Positions 20,378-30,409 of a stretch of DNA of 64,000 nt are shown piece after piece; the first letter of the stretch is position 1; every line of letters begins with the position of its first letter. The notes under the pieces were generated by a model. The model was not told the origin of the DNA. It saw only the letters and a program-made list of their open reading frames with translations, and ran no database searches. Origin of the DNA: Escherichia coli (GTDB taxonomy: Bacteria; Pseudomonadota; Gammaproteobacteria; Enterobacterales; Enterobacteriaceae); the NCBI RefSeq assembly GCF_965641715.1, contig NZ_OZ282453.1, one strand, 5' to 3'. A program made the position numbers and the translations under genes.

Positions 20378-20453
20378 AGGGATTACCTCGTTTAATAACA
20401 TTTAATAACTCCTATTAATATTAGCATAGAGGTGCCTATAAAAACATCACATC

Positions 20454-21311
20454 TCATTTTGCAGGCAACATCCCGGGAAAGTGCTTCGCCACGATATCAT
20501 TCATCTTCTCCACCAGATCCAAACGTTTGAAAGTGATATGCCCACTGCCCTTCTGAAAGTAGCGAATAGTGAACAACTCATCTTCGAAAATCTGCTGATG
20601 CGGATTATCGCGCACAAAATCCATAAACCGGATGGAGACATCATGCCGGTTATCGGGAATGGCCTTCCCATCCAGCAGATAGAACATCCGTTCCAGATCG
20701 GCAAGCTGATCGCGCCGCCAGCCCCAGTTCAGGCTGTAGCCCCATCTGTCATGCTTCACCAGATTGTTAACGATAATCTTCTTACCGAAATAACAGGGAT
20801 TATTGGTTTTGTAGTCCCAGCTCAATCCCTTAAATACATTGATAATCCCACGTTCGAAAACATCCTGCTTATTGTGGTGAAGTTGTTCAAAGGTACTCAG
20901 GATGTTGGCTTCGCTAATCGCCGGGGGATCGCCCTCCTCCAGATTCTTTGCCCACTGACTGCGAGCTTCGGCATCCATCAGAGTCAACATACCGGACTTC
21001 AGCATGAGATCGCGCCAGATGCTGCGGTCGATATTGCGGGTGATCACCGGCATCGCTTTGTCGGTTGGCTGCATCAGCCAGCAGTCAAAGGCATATCCAT
21101 TCCGCATTGCCCAGGTTCCAGCCATATCACCGCCAATACTGGATGTCAGGCTGGAGATATCATCCAGTTTTTGGATTAACGTCGCTATCTGGTTCAGTGC
21201 ACTATCACGTCCTGTGACGATGCGCTCAATACTGGTCGAGCAAATTAGTTCGTTATGATCGGTTAAGACTTCAGCTTCTGTTTGCATAATCTTTTGTCCG
21301 TATAAAAGCAA
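20454..21311 (-). CDS. Hypothetical protein in the YeeW-like position downstream of the CbtA-like toxin
   Basis: ORF and position in the cryptic-prophage backbone only. Confidence 0.45.
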   Translation of the reverse strand: MLLYGQKIMQTEAEVLTDHNELICSTSIERIVTGRDSALNQIATLIQKLDDISSLTSSIGGDMAGTWAMRNGYAFDCWLMQPTDKAMPVITRNIDRSIWRDLMLKSGMLTLMDAEARSQWAKNLEEGDPPAISEANILSTFEQLHHNKQDVFERGIINVFKGLSWDYKTNNPCYFGKKIIVNNLVKHDRWGYSLNWGWRRDQLADLERMFYLLDGKAIPDNRHDVSIRFMDFVRDNPHQQIFEDELFTIRYFQKGSGHITFKRLDLVEKMNDIVAKHFPGMLPAK

Positions 21312-21401
21312 ATGCGCCAGCCATGAACAGCAGGCGCATTATGCAGGGAGTTATGAGGGAAGTAATTTTGGCGATGTAAATCGGGAAGGAGACTCGCAGA
21401 T

Positions 21402-21743
21402 TCACCGTGCCGTGGTGTTATGGCAGCGACGCAGCAGACCTGTAGCCTGCCTCGCCCGCAAAATATCGACCGCACGAAGATAAGGCATCTGTTCCTGCCA
21501 GCTAAATCCTTTCCTGTCGATACGGATCAATTCGTACTTCTCTACCAGAAAATTGACGGCATCGACCAGAGTGATCCCGGCGTCTATGTGTTCCTGAATC
21601 ACCTTTTCATTGTTGAATGGTGTGTCATTAAGATTCAGCCCGTAGTGCTGCTCCAGCAGGCGGGCCAGTAATATTTGCCAGACCACGACGGGCGACAGAT
21701 AAGACGTCGTCGCCCGCAGCGTCGTTGCAGGAATAATTTTCAT
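21402..21743 (-). CDS. CbtA/YeeV-family toxin (cytoskeleton-binding type IV toxin)
   Basis: ...[56 protein letters not shown]... resembles CbtA/YkfI/YpjF. Confidence 0.8.
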   Translation of the reverse strand: MKIIPATTLRATTSYLSPVVVWQILLARLLEQHYGLNLNDTPFNNEKVIQEHIDAGITLVDAVNFLVEKYELIRIDRKGFSWQEQMPYLRAVDILRARQATGLLRRCHNTTAR

Positions 21744-21773
21744 AACGATGTTCCGTATTAAGGAGGTTAAAAC

Positions 21774-22109
21774 TCAGCGTTGAGTGGGATAAATAGCGAT
21801 ATAGACGTAACCACAGGAACCCAGCGTATCGGCTTCGCAGGTTAGTCCTTTGGCGTATAGCGTGACGGTACGTTTTTGGCAGGCGGAGAGTTCACCGTCA
21901 GCCAGTTTCAGCTCCAGTTGTTTCATCAGCACCGGAAAAGCCTGGTCGATATGCAGCAGATCCGGGGAGCTGAATTTCCCGGTGATTGCGGCCCGATCAG
22001 CCAGGTAATGCAGGTTATGTCTTTCCTGTACCAGTCGAGCAGTGAAGCGTGGTGTTACGGTACAGGGAAGCCCCCATTCTTGTTGCATGACCTTGTCCTT
22101 TTGCAGCAT
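21774..22109 (-). CDS. CbeA/YeeU-family antitoxin
   Basis: ...WGLPCTVTPRFTARLVQERHNLHYLADRAAITGKFS...TVTLYAKGLTCEADTLGSCGYVYIAIYP resembles YeeU/YfjZ. Confidence 0.8.
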   Translation of the reverse strand: MLQKDKVMQQEWGLPCTVTPRFTARLVQERHNLHYLADRAAITGKFSSPDLLHIDQAFPVLMKQLELKLADGELSACQKRTVTLYAKGLTCEADTLGSCGYVYIAIYPTQR

Positions 22110-22582
22110 TACAGCCAGCCCCGTTCGGCAAAAGAGAGGACATCCCCCGCCCCAATAATGAAATGATCCAGCACTCTCACTTTCACCAAATCCAGTGTCT
22201 TAACAATATTCGTTGTAATAAGTCTGTCGGCCCGACTGGGTTCCGTCACGCCGGAGGGATGGTTATGCGCAAGGATCACTGCTGCGGCATTGTGCCGTAG
22301 CGCTGATTTCACAATCTCACGGGGATGTACTTCTGTGCTGTTAATCGTGCCGAGAAATAGCGTTTCGTGTTCCAGCAGTCGGTTCTGGTTATCGAGGTAG
22401 AGCACAACAAACATTTCCCGCTCCTGTCGTACCAGATTCAGTTGCAGCCAGGTTTTTGTGGCGTCAGAGGAAAGAAAAGATTCGCCAGGATTGCGTTGAT
22501 ATTTCTCCAGCAGACGCATCGCACGGCGGATAACGCGTTGTTCACTCACCGAAAATACCGGTGTTAGCATCAGTTCAGACAT
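22109..22582 (-). CDS. RadC-like JAB-domain protein (YeeS/YkfG/YfjY family)
   Basis: JAMM-like motif AAAVILAHNHPSGVTEPSRADRLIT. Confidence 0.85.
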   Translation of the reverse strand: MSELMLTPVFSVSEQRVIRRAMRLLEKYQRNPGESFLSSDATKTWLQLNLVRQEREMFVVLYLDNQNRLLEHETLFLGTINSTEVHPREIVKSALRHNAAAVILAHNHPSGVTEPSRADRLITTNIVKTLDLVKVRVLDHFIIGAGDVLSFAERGWL

Positions 22583-22611
22583 CGTGTTTCCTTTACCATT
22601 AATAGCGTTGT

Positions 22612-23430
22612 TTATGAGGCCAGTTGCAACATGTTTTCAGCCATCACCCACAGGGCGCGGTTGAGTTTGATATCGCCGTCGATGCCTTTAATGGCGCGGG
22701 TGTTCGTGCGACCACCTTTTGCCGTGCGCCCGTTTAACCCGCCTTTGATCAGGTTCTCCTGAATACGCTGGTAGGTCGTCCACAGATCGCCGGATTCATC
22801 CTGCCAGCGGCGCGGAGCCAGCAACTGGGATTCCGTCACTGGCTGGTGCTCTTCGCCAAAGCGGTAAGTCAGCGCCGCCTTTGCCAGCGCCTGTTGCGCA
22901 GGGGGAGGCAGCATCAGCGACTGCATGGCATCGAGTTTCTCTTCAACCTGGTCAAAAACACTGAGGACTTCAAAAGCGCCTTCAATCACTCTCTCCACCA
23001 CATTGCCTTTATGCGGTACCCGTACTTCACCAAACGACTCGCCGCAGACCAGTCCGTTACAACAAACAGATCGAAACAGCCCTGGCAGCATCTGATAAGA
23101 ACTGGAACCGTCATGGCTGTTGAGCAGAATAATTTCCGGCACCTGGTTGCGATTGATCTGGTCTTCCCGGCGCAGACGCAGCATGTGTTTTGTATGCTCA
23201 CGTTTACCCACATCACGAACGCGGGTCTGGCAGGCAAAGAAAGGATGAAATCCTTCACGCTGGAGGTTATCGAGCAGGGTAATGGTGGGAATATAGGTAT
23301 AGCGTTCGCTGCGTGATTCGTGCTTATTTTCCCCGAATACGCTGGGGACATACTGCATCAGTTCGTCATGCGTTAATGGGCGATCGCGACGGATTTGATA
23401 TACGCGACCAAAGCGGCTGGCTAATTTCAT
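22612..23430 (-). CDS. DUF932-like protein (YfjQ-like, cryptic-prophage backbone)
   Basis: 272-aa ORF in the conserved backbone position; family assignment from memory. Confidence 0.6.
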   Translation of the reverse strand: MKLASRFGRVYQIRRDRPLTHDELMQYVPSVFGENKHESRSERYTYIPTITLLDNLQREGFHPFFACQTRVRDVGKREHTKHMLRLRREDQINRNQVPEIILLNSHDGSSSYQMLPGLFRSVCCNGLVCGESFGEVRVPHKGNVVERVIEGAFEVLSVFDQVEEKLDAMQSLMLPPPAQQALAKAALTYRFGEEHQPVTESQLLAPRRWQDESGDLWTTYQRIQENLIKGGLNGRTAKGGRTNTRAIKGIDGDIKLNRALWVMAENMLQLAS

Positions 23431-23666
23431 GGTAAATTCCTTTATAAAGAATATAAAAAAACAGACCGCATCTTCTGAAAAATTGCGGTTAATTTAATGC
23501 GTGATTAAAACGGGTGGCAGTATGGGCGGGATTAAATAATAGGTGCGTGCAGATATTAAATTACATCCCGGCAGTGCATATATGAGCGTGATATAGTGCT
23601 GAAATAATACATATCTGAATTCTCCCGGTGATTATTACCGGGAGAATTTAAGTTTGAAATGACACC

Positions 23667-24620
23667 TCAACCACGGGATAATCTTGTTTCTATTCCCTGA
23701 ACCCTTTCATCTATTAGTCTTTCAATAACGGATATTTTATCTGACTTGTAAAATTTAACCAGAAAATCCAGACGTTCCTTATGCATATCACTGATAGACT
23801 CCCGTTCCCGTTTTTCAGAAAGTTTACGTCTGAAGTTTTTTTGGTAAAACGCTTTATTTATTTTCTTTACAGCATTCTGCTGGAGATCATCATCCGCTGA
23901 CCATAAATCCAGCATGGCATAAACTGCGTGATAGGTTTCTACACTATTCAGTGGTTCCGGAATCTGAACGGGGTCTAAATGGTTTCCTGTATTACCGCCG
24001 TGCTCTTTCTGGAATTTATTAATGTAATTATAAGCCCATGTACAGACTTCGCTATTATCCTCAGTAAGCCAGCGTAATTTTATTCTCTGATGTTCATTTG
24101 CTCTCCAGAATACAAGCCTCTCATATAGCCACTGTCTCATCAACGGTGCCTGATTAGTCTCAATATTAATATAGTCCAGTAATGCAACGATGAGTGAGTA
24201 TCTTTCGCTATGGCTTGCAGGAGAATCTGTTATTCCGGCTTTCTGATACCAGTTAGTGTTTAAATTCGTGCCCAGCTTATTGTTAATTGACTCCATACAG
24301 CGGTAATCAAGACACATCACACCCCATAGCCAGAACGTCGCTCTTTCATTTTCTTTTAACCAACTAAAATATTTCTCCGGCAGAAGTGTCGTATTAATTG
24401 CCAGTTCCAGTGAGCGAATAAAATTGCTCCGCTGAATGGGGTCGGGATACCCGGCCTCGAGTGCTGTATTAATAATTCTCTCCGAAAGGGATGTATCTGG
24501 ATTGTTCCCGTCAAACGCGAATTGATTTGCTCCCTGAATGTTTTTCCTGATGTACCAGAAGAGGAACCTGCTGGTTCGGATGTCCTTCACTGCTATTGAT
24601 GAGCGCACATTAACGGCCAT
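23667..24620 (-). CDS. Hypothetical protein (317 aa)
   Basis: ORF only; Trp/Tyr-rich, no motif recognised. Confidence 0.45.
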   Translation of the reverse strand: MAVNVRSSIAVKDIRTSRFLFWYIRKNIQGANQFAFDGNNPDTSLSERIINTALEAGYPDPIQRSNFIRSLELAINTTLLPEKYFSWLKENERATFWLWGVMCLDYRCMESINNKLGTNLNTNWYQKAGITDSPASHSERYSLIVALLDYINIETNQAPLMRQWLYERLVFWRANEHQRIKLRWLTEDNSEVCTWAYNYINKFQKEHGGNTGNHLDPVQIPEPLNSVETYHAVYAMLDLWSADDDLQQNAVKKINKAFYQKNFRRKLSEKRERESISDMHKERLDFLVKFYKSDKISVIERLIDERVQGIETRLSRG

Positions 24621-25213
24621 TGTTCTACCTCGTCATCCTTGTTAAATCAGTCGAAATCAATAGCGTAATTATGACGTGTTTTCGAAGTAAAACCGTAGCA
24701 ATAAATCAATAAAAGTGGAAAACACGTAGTAATATCGTGTTATTCCATAGTAATAGAGTACCATTAACGTAGTTTTTTATTTATCACCATACTCACAGAT
24801 CCCGCCTGTAGAAAATGGCTGGATAGACTTAAATTTATTGCACTTATAGACCTGGTGGCTTTACGGGTGAAACCTCCCAGGATAACGAGTTGACATCTGG
24901 AAGATGTCATTCATGACCGCAACTCATAGATTAAATCAATGTATTAATTATAACTTAAGAGTAAAACTCTTTGTCTTCAAGAACAGATAATTAACTACGA
25001 ACACCAGTAAATACCGGGCTTCTACTCTTTTTATCACCCTTTCTTTATGAATCAACATTGCCGGTATTAATATTATGTTTATCACTCATTCATTAGATTC
25101 AGCATATAGAGGGATGACACCAGAGACAGGGAAAAGTAATCCAGATCGGCATAGCTCAGTGAAAAGTTACTACAGCACTTATGGATATGTAACCAACCAC
25201 AAGGAACTGAAGC

Positions 25214-25828
25214 ATGAAACTGAATGAACGATATGGCAAGCCTAATGCACACTATATGAAACGTCTGGAAGAGATTACTCGCTATGCGATGGAGGATTAC
25301 GCCAGAATACTGGCTTTCAGAGTGGATTTATTACTGCCAGTGGATAATAGCCATAAAGGGTATGACTCTGCGGTTATTACCCGTTTTATAGCCTCACTGA
25401 AAGCACAGATAGCCGCATATTTACAACGTCGCAGGAGAGACGGTAAACGTGTTTATCCCTGTAAGCTGCGATATGCATGGGTAAGAGAATTTGGTGAACT
25501 GAATGGCAACAAGCATTATCACATGCTGTTGTTGGTTAATCGGGAAGTATTCAGAAACACCATGCTGAATACGGAGAATTCAGCGCAACCTCGCGGATTG
25601 CTGGTGGGAATGGTAGCGCGGGCATGGGCTGTGGCGCTTAGGCGTACCGGAGATATGGCAAATAAAGTCCCCTTTCATTTACCAGGCGTCTCTTATGAAC
25701 TTGATCGCAGAAATGGCACAAATACGGACTTTTTCCGCAGCTACATATACCACATCAGTTATCTGGCGAAGGAGTACACCAAAAACCACGATGACGGTGA
25801 ACGTAACTTTGGTTGTAGTCAGGGATAA
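25214..25828 (+). CDS. YfjJ/YagK-family protein (inovirus Gp2-like)
   Basis: 204-aa ORF upstream of the alpA-like gene; family assignment from recalled YagK/YfjJ similarity (NGNKHYHMLLLVN region). Confidence 0.55.
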   Translation: MKLNERYGKPNAHYMKRLEEITRYAMEDYARILAFRVDLLLPVDNSHKGYDSAVITRFIASLKAQIAAYLQRRRRDGKRVYPCKLRYAWVREFGELNGNKHYHMLLLVNREVFRNTMLNTENSAQPRGLLVGMVARAWAVALRRTGDMANKVPFHLPGVSYELDRRNGTNTDFFRSYIYHISYLAKEYTKNHDDGERNFGCSQG

Positions 25829-25945
25829 GTAATTTATTACCGGAGAAGTGATTGTAATGGCGGAGTATGTAACATCATCTTAAATCAAAGGGTTAGTGTT
25901 GCTGCTCCTGTCTTTTATCAACGTAAAGACAGAAGGACAATCGTC

Positions 25946-26164
25946 ATGAACAATCAACCGAATACCGATACTGACCTGATGAATGACAAACTGGTGACGA
26001 TGGCATTTATTACCACGTTTACTGGCCTGACCGACAAATGGTTTTATAAACTGATTAGTGAAGGCAAGTTTCCAAAGCCTATCAAACTGGGGCGTAGTTC
26101 CCGCTGGCGGGAAAGTGAAGTTAAACGCTGGCTGACGGAACGTATTGCAGAATCCCGCTATTAA
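25946..26164 (+). CDS. alpA: AlpA-family phage transcriptional regulator / excisionase-like protein
   Basis: Small HTH protein ...FITTFTGLTDKWFYKLISEGKFPKPIKLGRSSRWRESEVKRWL... Confidence 0.7.
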   Translation: MNNQPNTDTDLMNDKLVTMAFITTFTGLTDKWFYKLISEGKFPKPIKLGRSSRWRESEVKRWLTERIAESRY

Positions 26165-26366
26165 TCCCCCTGACACTATCTCTACACGCTTTACCCATAA
26201 CGCTATATCAGTGAGCGCCTGACAGGGCCGTTGCTGTGCATCTATCGACGTGTAACTTCATTATGCCCGGATGAAATACGTTTCGTTTAACGTTGTCGAA
26301 AAATAATTAACCGGGGAATAGCCTGCTTATTTAGCAGGAATTCCCCGGATGCTGCTACAGGTAAAA

Positions 26367-27152
26367 TTAGGAATTAAATGTCCAGCTCCCCGTATCGGTC
26401 ACAATGTCAGCTTCAATGATACGGTCACACTTCATATATTTGAACGTAGCCACATCACCGAATTTATATTTAGCTGGCAGGGTTCTGTTACCGACGCTCT
26501 CCATTTTACAGTTCCCTCTGTTTACCCGAATGGATTTCAGCACCACGTTGTCATCAGTGATAGTGAGCTGAATAACACCATATCTGGTATTCCAGCCTTC
26601 ATTGCTGACAGAGCTGCCGAACTGAACTTTAAACGGTGGTGTCGTAGATTGCTGTGCCTGCTGTTGTTGAGAGGGAGCAGGTTTATTAGCCTGCTGGCTA
26701 CCAACGCCATTAATGCCATTCTGAAGGAGGCTCCTGGAAACCTTAATGGTACCCGGCTTGCATGATACTGTGCTGGTTTCCTGCCCCATTGCATTCATGG
26801 CAGTGTAATAAGCATCACCTGTACCATCATATTCTGAGTAATTGACGGCAACCGCGCCTTCGATATCTTCATTTTCTCCACGTAATGTGAAAGAAGCAGT
26901 TCCTGCTCCCGGATTAGCCGCCAGAGTCTGTTTCGCTTCGCCGGAAGGAATATCCAGTTTGATAACGGAACCACCTTCTTCGGAGTCACCACCTGGCGTT
27001 TCAAAACTGATATAAACGGTATTGCTGACGTGGCTGAGTGTCATTTGCTCACCGTTATCAAGCAGACATTGCAGGTCATAGGCCCCGACAGCATAAGCAG
27101 GGTGGAATGCAAATAAAAATACAAACAATACAGGTATAATGATTGGTTTCAT
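26367..27152 (-). CDS. Secreted hypothetical protein (261 aa)
   Basis: Signal peptide MKPIIIPVLFVFLFAFHPAYA; Gln/Ser-rich linker; no enzymatic motif. Confidence 0.5.
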   Translation of the reverse strand: MKPIIIPVLFVFLFAFHPAYAVGAYDLQCLLDNGEQMTLSHVSNTVYISFETPGGDSEEGGSVIKLDIPSGEAKQTLAANPGAGTASFTLRGENEDIEGAVAVNYSEYDGTGDAYYTAMNAMGQETSTVSCKPGTIKVSRSLLQNGINGVGSQQANKPAPSQQQQAQQSTTPPFKVQFGSSVSNEGWNTRYGVIQLTITDDNVVLKSIRVNRGNCKMESVGNRTLPAKYKFGDVATFKYMKCDRIIEADIVTDTGSWTFNS

Positions 27153-27164
27153 TAAGCACTTTCC

Positions 27165-28178
27165 CTATCCAAAAAAATGGTCCCAGGCATTACCAGCCCA
27201 CTCGATAAGTTTGTCTTTCCCCTTACGGGTAAGCTCTTTGACAGGCTTTGGTAACGGAAAAGAATCAATAACGTCGTCGAGTATCCCGGAGATTACGCTG
27301 CCGAAGCCGTTTTTTGCTTCCGTCTTGACCTCTTCGGTTTTGAACTCATCCTTAAACTGCGAAGCCGTGCTACTTTTAGCCCGATCAGGCAAAGCCCGAA
27401 TAATAGTCTCTACCAGACGAAGAATGTTGTAGCCCTCATCGGCGGAGACAGGTGTCACCGGATAGTGCGTAAAACCAAATCGTTCAGTAATGTAGGCTTC
27501 TTTCTTTTCGATGTTGATGCGCTGTGCAGGAGATGGCTGATGCAGATGAGTATCCCACTCGCGGAATGGCTCAATTTTATCAACCTGGTTAAGGACGAAT
27601 AAAACGCGCTCACCCCCACCAGCAGGGAGCAGAACATTGTTGTAGAAATGCTCATCCGCAGAAAAGGCCCGATCGTCTCCTTTTATTACCCACAGGATAA
27701 GATCCAGGGAGGGAAGCAAATTGCGGTATAAATCTTCATACTCCTTATCCCGCCGGGCATTCTCACCGACACCAGGTATATCAATGATCTTTAGCGAATG
27801 TTTGCCGAAGCGTATACGCAATTCCTGAACTTCGCGAGTACATGCCTCAACGTCGCTAACTGCACAAACCTCCCCTTTAAACAGCGCATTACATACGCTG
27901 CTTTTCCCCGCGCCTGTTTTTCCCATGACACCAATCACAGGTTCATAGTCGATGGCTTCACTGATTTTGTTCAACAGCTTTTCCCGCAGTGGCTGAGGGA
28001 AAATATCAAGAATATCCCTGATGTCGGGTATGTGCGGTTTGCTATCACCTTTTTGCTCGTTGCTACCATTACGTTCTGGAAATATATTGCCCCACATTCC
28101 AAAAATCCCGCCTTCCCTTCTGGTGACGCCACTGGCATCAGTAATCATCCGGCCTTCGCCCTTTACCGGGTCATCCAT
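27165..28178 (-). CDS. YfjP/YeeP-family GTPase
   Basis: P-loop GVMGKTGAGKSS and G3-like DIPGVGE. Confidence 0.75.
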   Translation of the reverse strand: MDDPVKGEGRMITDASGVTRREGGIFGMWGNIFPERNGSNEQKGDSKPHIPDIRDILDIFPQPLREKLLNKISEAIDYEPVIGVMGKTGAGKSSVCNALFKGEVCAVSDVEACTREVQELRIRFGKHSLKIIDIPGVGENARRDKEYEDLYRNLLPSLDLILWVIKGDDRAFSADEHFYNNVLLPAGGGERVLFVLNQVDKIEPFREWDTHLHQPSPAQRINIEKKEAYITERFGFTHYPVTPVSADEGYNILRLVETIIRALPDRAKSSTASQFKDEFKTEEVKTEAKNGFGSVISGILDDVIDSFPLPKPVKELTRKGKDKLIEWAGNAWDHFFG

Positions 28179-28217
28179 ACGAGGTCTCCTTTTTTAATTT
28201 GAAATAAACGTTGTCTG

Positions 28218-28901
28218 TTACTCTCTGAAGGTCTGAATTACGTCACTTATGAAACGAAAGTGTGGGAGGGCTGAAATGAACTCTTCACTGGCAGTCAGAG
28301 CATCAAGTTCAGGCTTTCTGCGAAAAGAGGTATCCAGAACGGTTACGGCGTTAACGTCTTCCATCCGAAACACCTGTAAATTTCTGGTGCGGGTAGCAAC
28401 AAGAAACCAGTTTTTGGACTGAAATATCAGACGGCGGGGAGCTACTGCTTCGTAGCTTTTACCGTTAACTAATAATGTAACGGCGCGGTAGTCGCGGATA
28501 GCTTCCGCCAGTTCCAGAAAACAGGCGGTTTGTGTAACTGGAGATGGCAGCCCTCCATGCCCTATAAGGCACGGCGAGCTTCCGGAGTTACTGGTAATCA
28601 GTCGAATTAACCTGCGATTCTGAGCCGGAATAATCCCTGAAATCCCGGAATTACGGATAAACGCAAAGGTGTTGGGTGAGTGCTCCCGGCCCGTTCGGCG
28701 GGTAAGTCGATAGCTTCCGCTGGAATGCTCAAGATCCAGATGGATTAGGCGTTGCTGAAAATCCCTCTGTAGGGTGCGTTCTGAGACACCAAATTCATCA
28801 GCTAACGCTTTAAGCTCCAGAGATTCGCCAGCTAGTAAGCGGGTGATAATGACCGATAGCCTGACAGACAGGCGGTCATAATGATCATGCTGTGTTTTCA
28901 T
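28218..28901 (-). CDS. HTH/WYL-domain transcriptional regulator (YfjR-like; from the ATG at 28901, the ORF track starts at 28988)
   Basis: N-terminal HTH LKALADEFGVSERTLQRDFQQ...; C-terminal WYL-like region. Confidence 0.6.
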   Translation of the reverse strand: MKTQHDHYDRLSVRLSVIITRLLAGESLELKALADEFGVSERTLQRDFQQRLIHLDLEHSSGSYRLTRRTGREHSPNTFAFIRNSGISGIIPAQNRRLIRLITSNSGSSPCLIGHGGLPSPVTQTACFLELAEAIRDYRAVTLLVNGKSYEAVAPRRLIFQSKNWFLVATRTRNLQVFRMEDVNAVTVLDTSFRRKPELDALTASEEFISALPHFRFISDVIQTFRE

Positions 28902-29216
28902 GGTGGGGACAGTCCTGTTCTCCCAAAATATCATGGTATTGATACGAGAGATTATGCCGTACAGGTACGACACGTTATGTCGTAGCAAAGGGGAGTGGAT
29001 AGAAAAAATGGCGAAGATGTGAAGAGTTGATTAATTCATTGAAACAAAATGAATTAATAATAATTTTGGGTAAAAGCGACGTCAAAATACGACATAACCT
29101 GTCGTATTTTGTTTTAGCCGGGAAAGGATAACTGCTACTTACTAAAATGATTTAGTGCTGAAAATATTTATAAGCCAATAAATAGACCGGTATTACGGAG
29201 TAACGCCCCGGCTATG

Positions 29217-30194
29217 TTAACGTGCCCGCTGTTTTATCGGCTCAAAAAACATATCCCAGAGATGTTCAGCCATACCCTCGTTAGTGAGCAAGGTATCCCT
29301 TGAGTAGCCAGGGCTGAAGACGCCCATTGATGGGCGAAAACCAAGGTTCTGGCCGTTATTGTCAATGGTTAAGATTTCATTGTAAGCATTGCCAATCACG
29401 CCATCCTGGCTATAACCAATATCGCCCATCCCCATATTTCGCCCGCTATTACGCCAGATTGCACATTGACCTACTTTGCTTCCCCCAATGTAGATCGCAC
29501 AAGTGAAGGCATCTGCGTCACGCTTATTAAAATCGACCTCTAACCCGGCATGGCGTTTTTTGAGTTCAGTCAGCGAGCCTTCAAAATAACGGGCGACATA
29601 TTCAAAACCGTCACGGCAGGCACGATCCTTATCAAGATCGGTAAAACGTTTTGGCAGTGAAAGGTTGCTCGAGCGTGGTGTAAAAACGGTATCCGTCGCC
29701 TGAAGCATTGGATTAGCCGGAGCTGGGGCGTGCACAATCTGTTGCGGCTTTTTCGCTTCCAAATTGGCAATAGCGCGGGAAACGGCATCGACAACCTGAA
29801 CATAGCCTTCATCATGGCTGGCAAATTTATCAATTGGCTTACCGTCAACAGTTGCCGCCAGAATGCGGCCAAACGGTAACATCTTCCACGCGCATTCTCT
29901 TAAGATCACCGGAATGACCACCGCCTCGCCCCGGCTATGTCGCTCCAGAGCGTTGGTCATTTCTACCTGATAGCAATAATCAGAAGCGATAAAATCACTG
30001 CTAATCAGCAACAGGATGATGTCTGCCTGAGAAAAGTAATGATCTATTTGGTTCTCAAACTCTTGTCCTGGAATGATGCGACGATCATGCCATGTCGTGA
30101 TCTTGCCCATGCGTTTCAGGGGGGAAAGATGCTTCTCAAGCTCATTGCGCAGAGCTTCGTCTGCATGAGAATAGGAAAAAACAAGAGAGGTCAT
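29217..30194 (-). CDS. TIR-domain protein with an uncharacterised C-terminal domain (325 aa)
   Basis: N-terminal TIR signature LVFSYSHADEALRNELEKHL...IILLLISSDFIASDYCYQVEMTNALER...VVIPVILREC; divergent from hsdM. Confidence 0.65.
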   Translation of the reverse strand: MTSLVFSYSHADEALRNELEKHLSPLKRMGKITTWHDRRIIPGQEFENQIDHYFSQADIILLLISSDFIASDYCYQVEMTNALERHSRGEAVVIPVILRECAWKMLPFGRILAATVDGKPIDKFASHDEGYVQVVDAVSRAIANLEAKKPQQIVHAPAPANPMLQATDTVFTPRSSNLSLPKRFTDLDKDRACRDGFEYVARYFEGSLTELKKRHAGLEVDFNKRDADAFTCAIYIGGSKVGQCAIWRNSGRNMGMGDIGYSQDGVIGNAYNEILTIDNNGQNLGFRPSMGVFSPGYSRDTLLTNEGMAEHLWDMFFEPIKQRAR

Positions 30195-30409
30195 AGTGCG
30201 TAAGATGCTCCGATAGGGATGTGGAAAATACCGTTATTCTGCGCCGATAAGTGTAAAAGAGTTATCCCCCCTTACCACAAGGTATTGATGCGGAAATCAG
30301 TCCTACATCTTGGTATCGCTCTGACGTCAGGGTATGATCTCTAACAATTTCCCCGATTTTACACAACCTAGACACCAAACCAGGATCAGATGATTTTTTT
30401 GAGGTTTTA

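Noticed and set aside
20481-21179. 232-aa plus-strand ORF antisense to the 285-aa gene at 20454-21311
   Set aside because: Completely embedded antisense frame; the minus-strand gene fits the operon orientation of the island backbone
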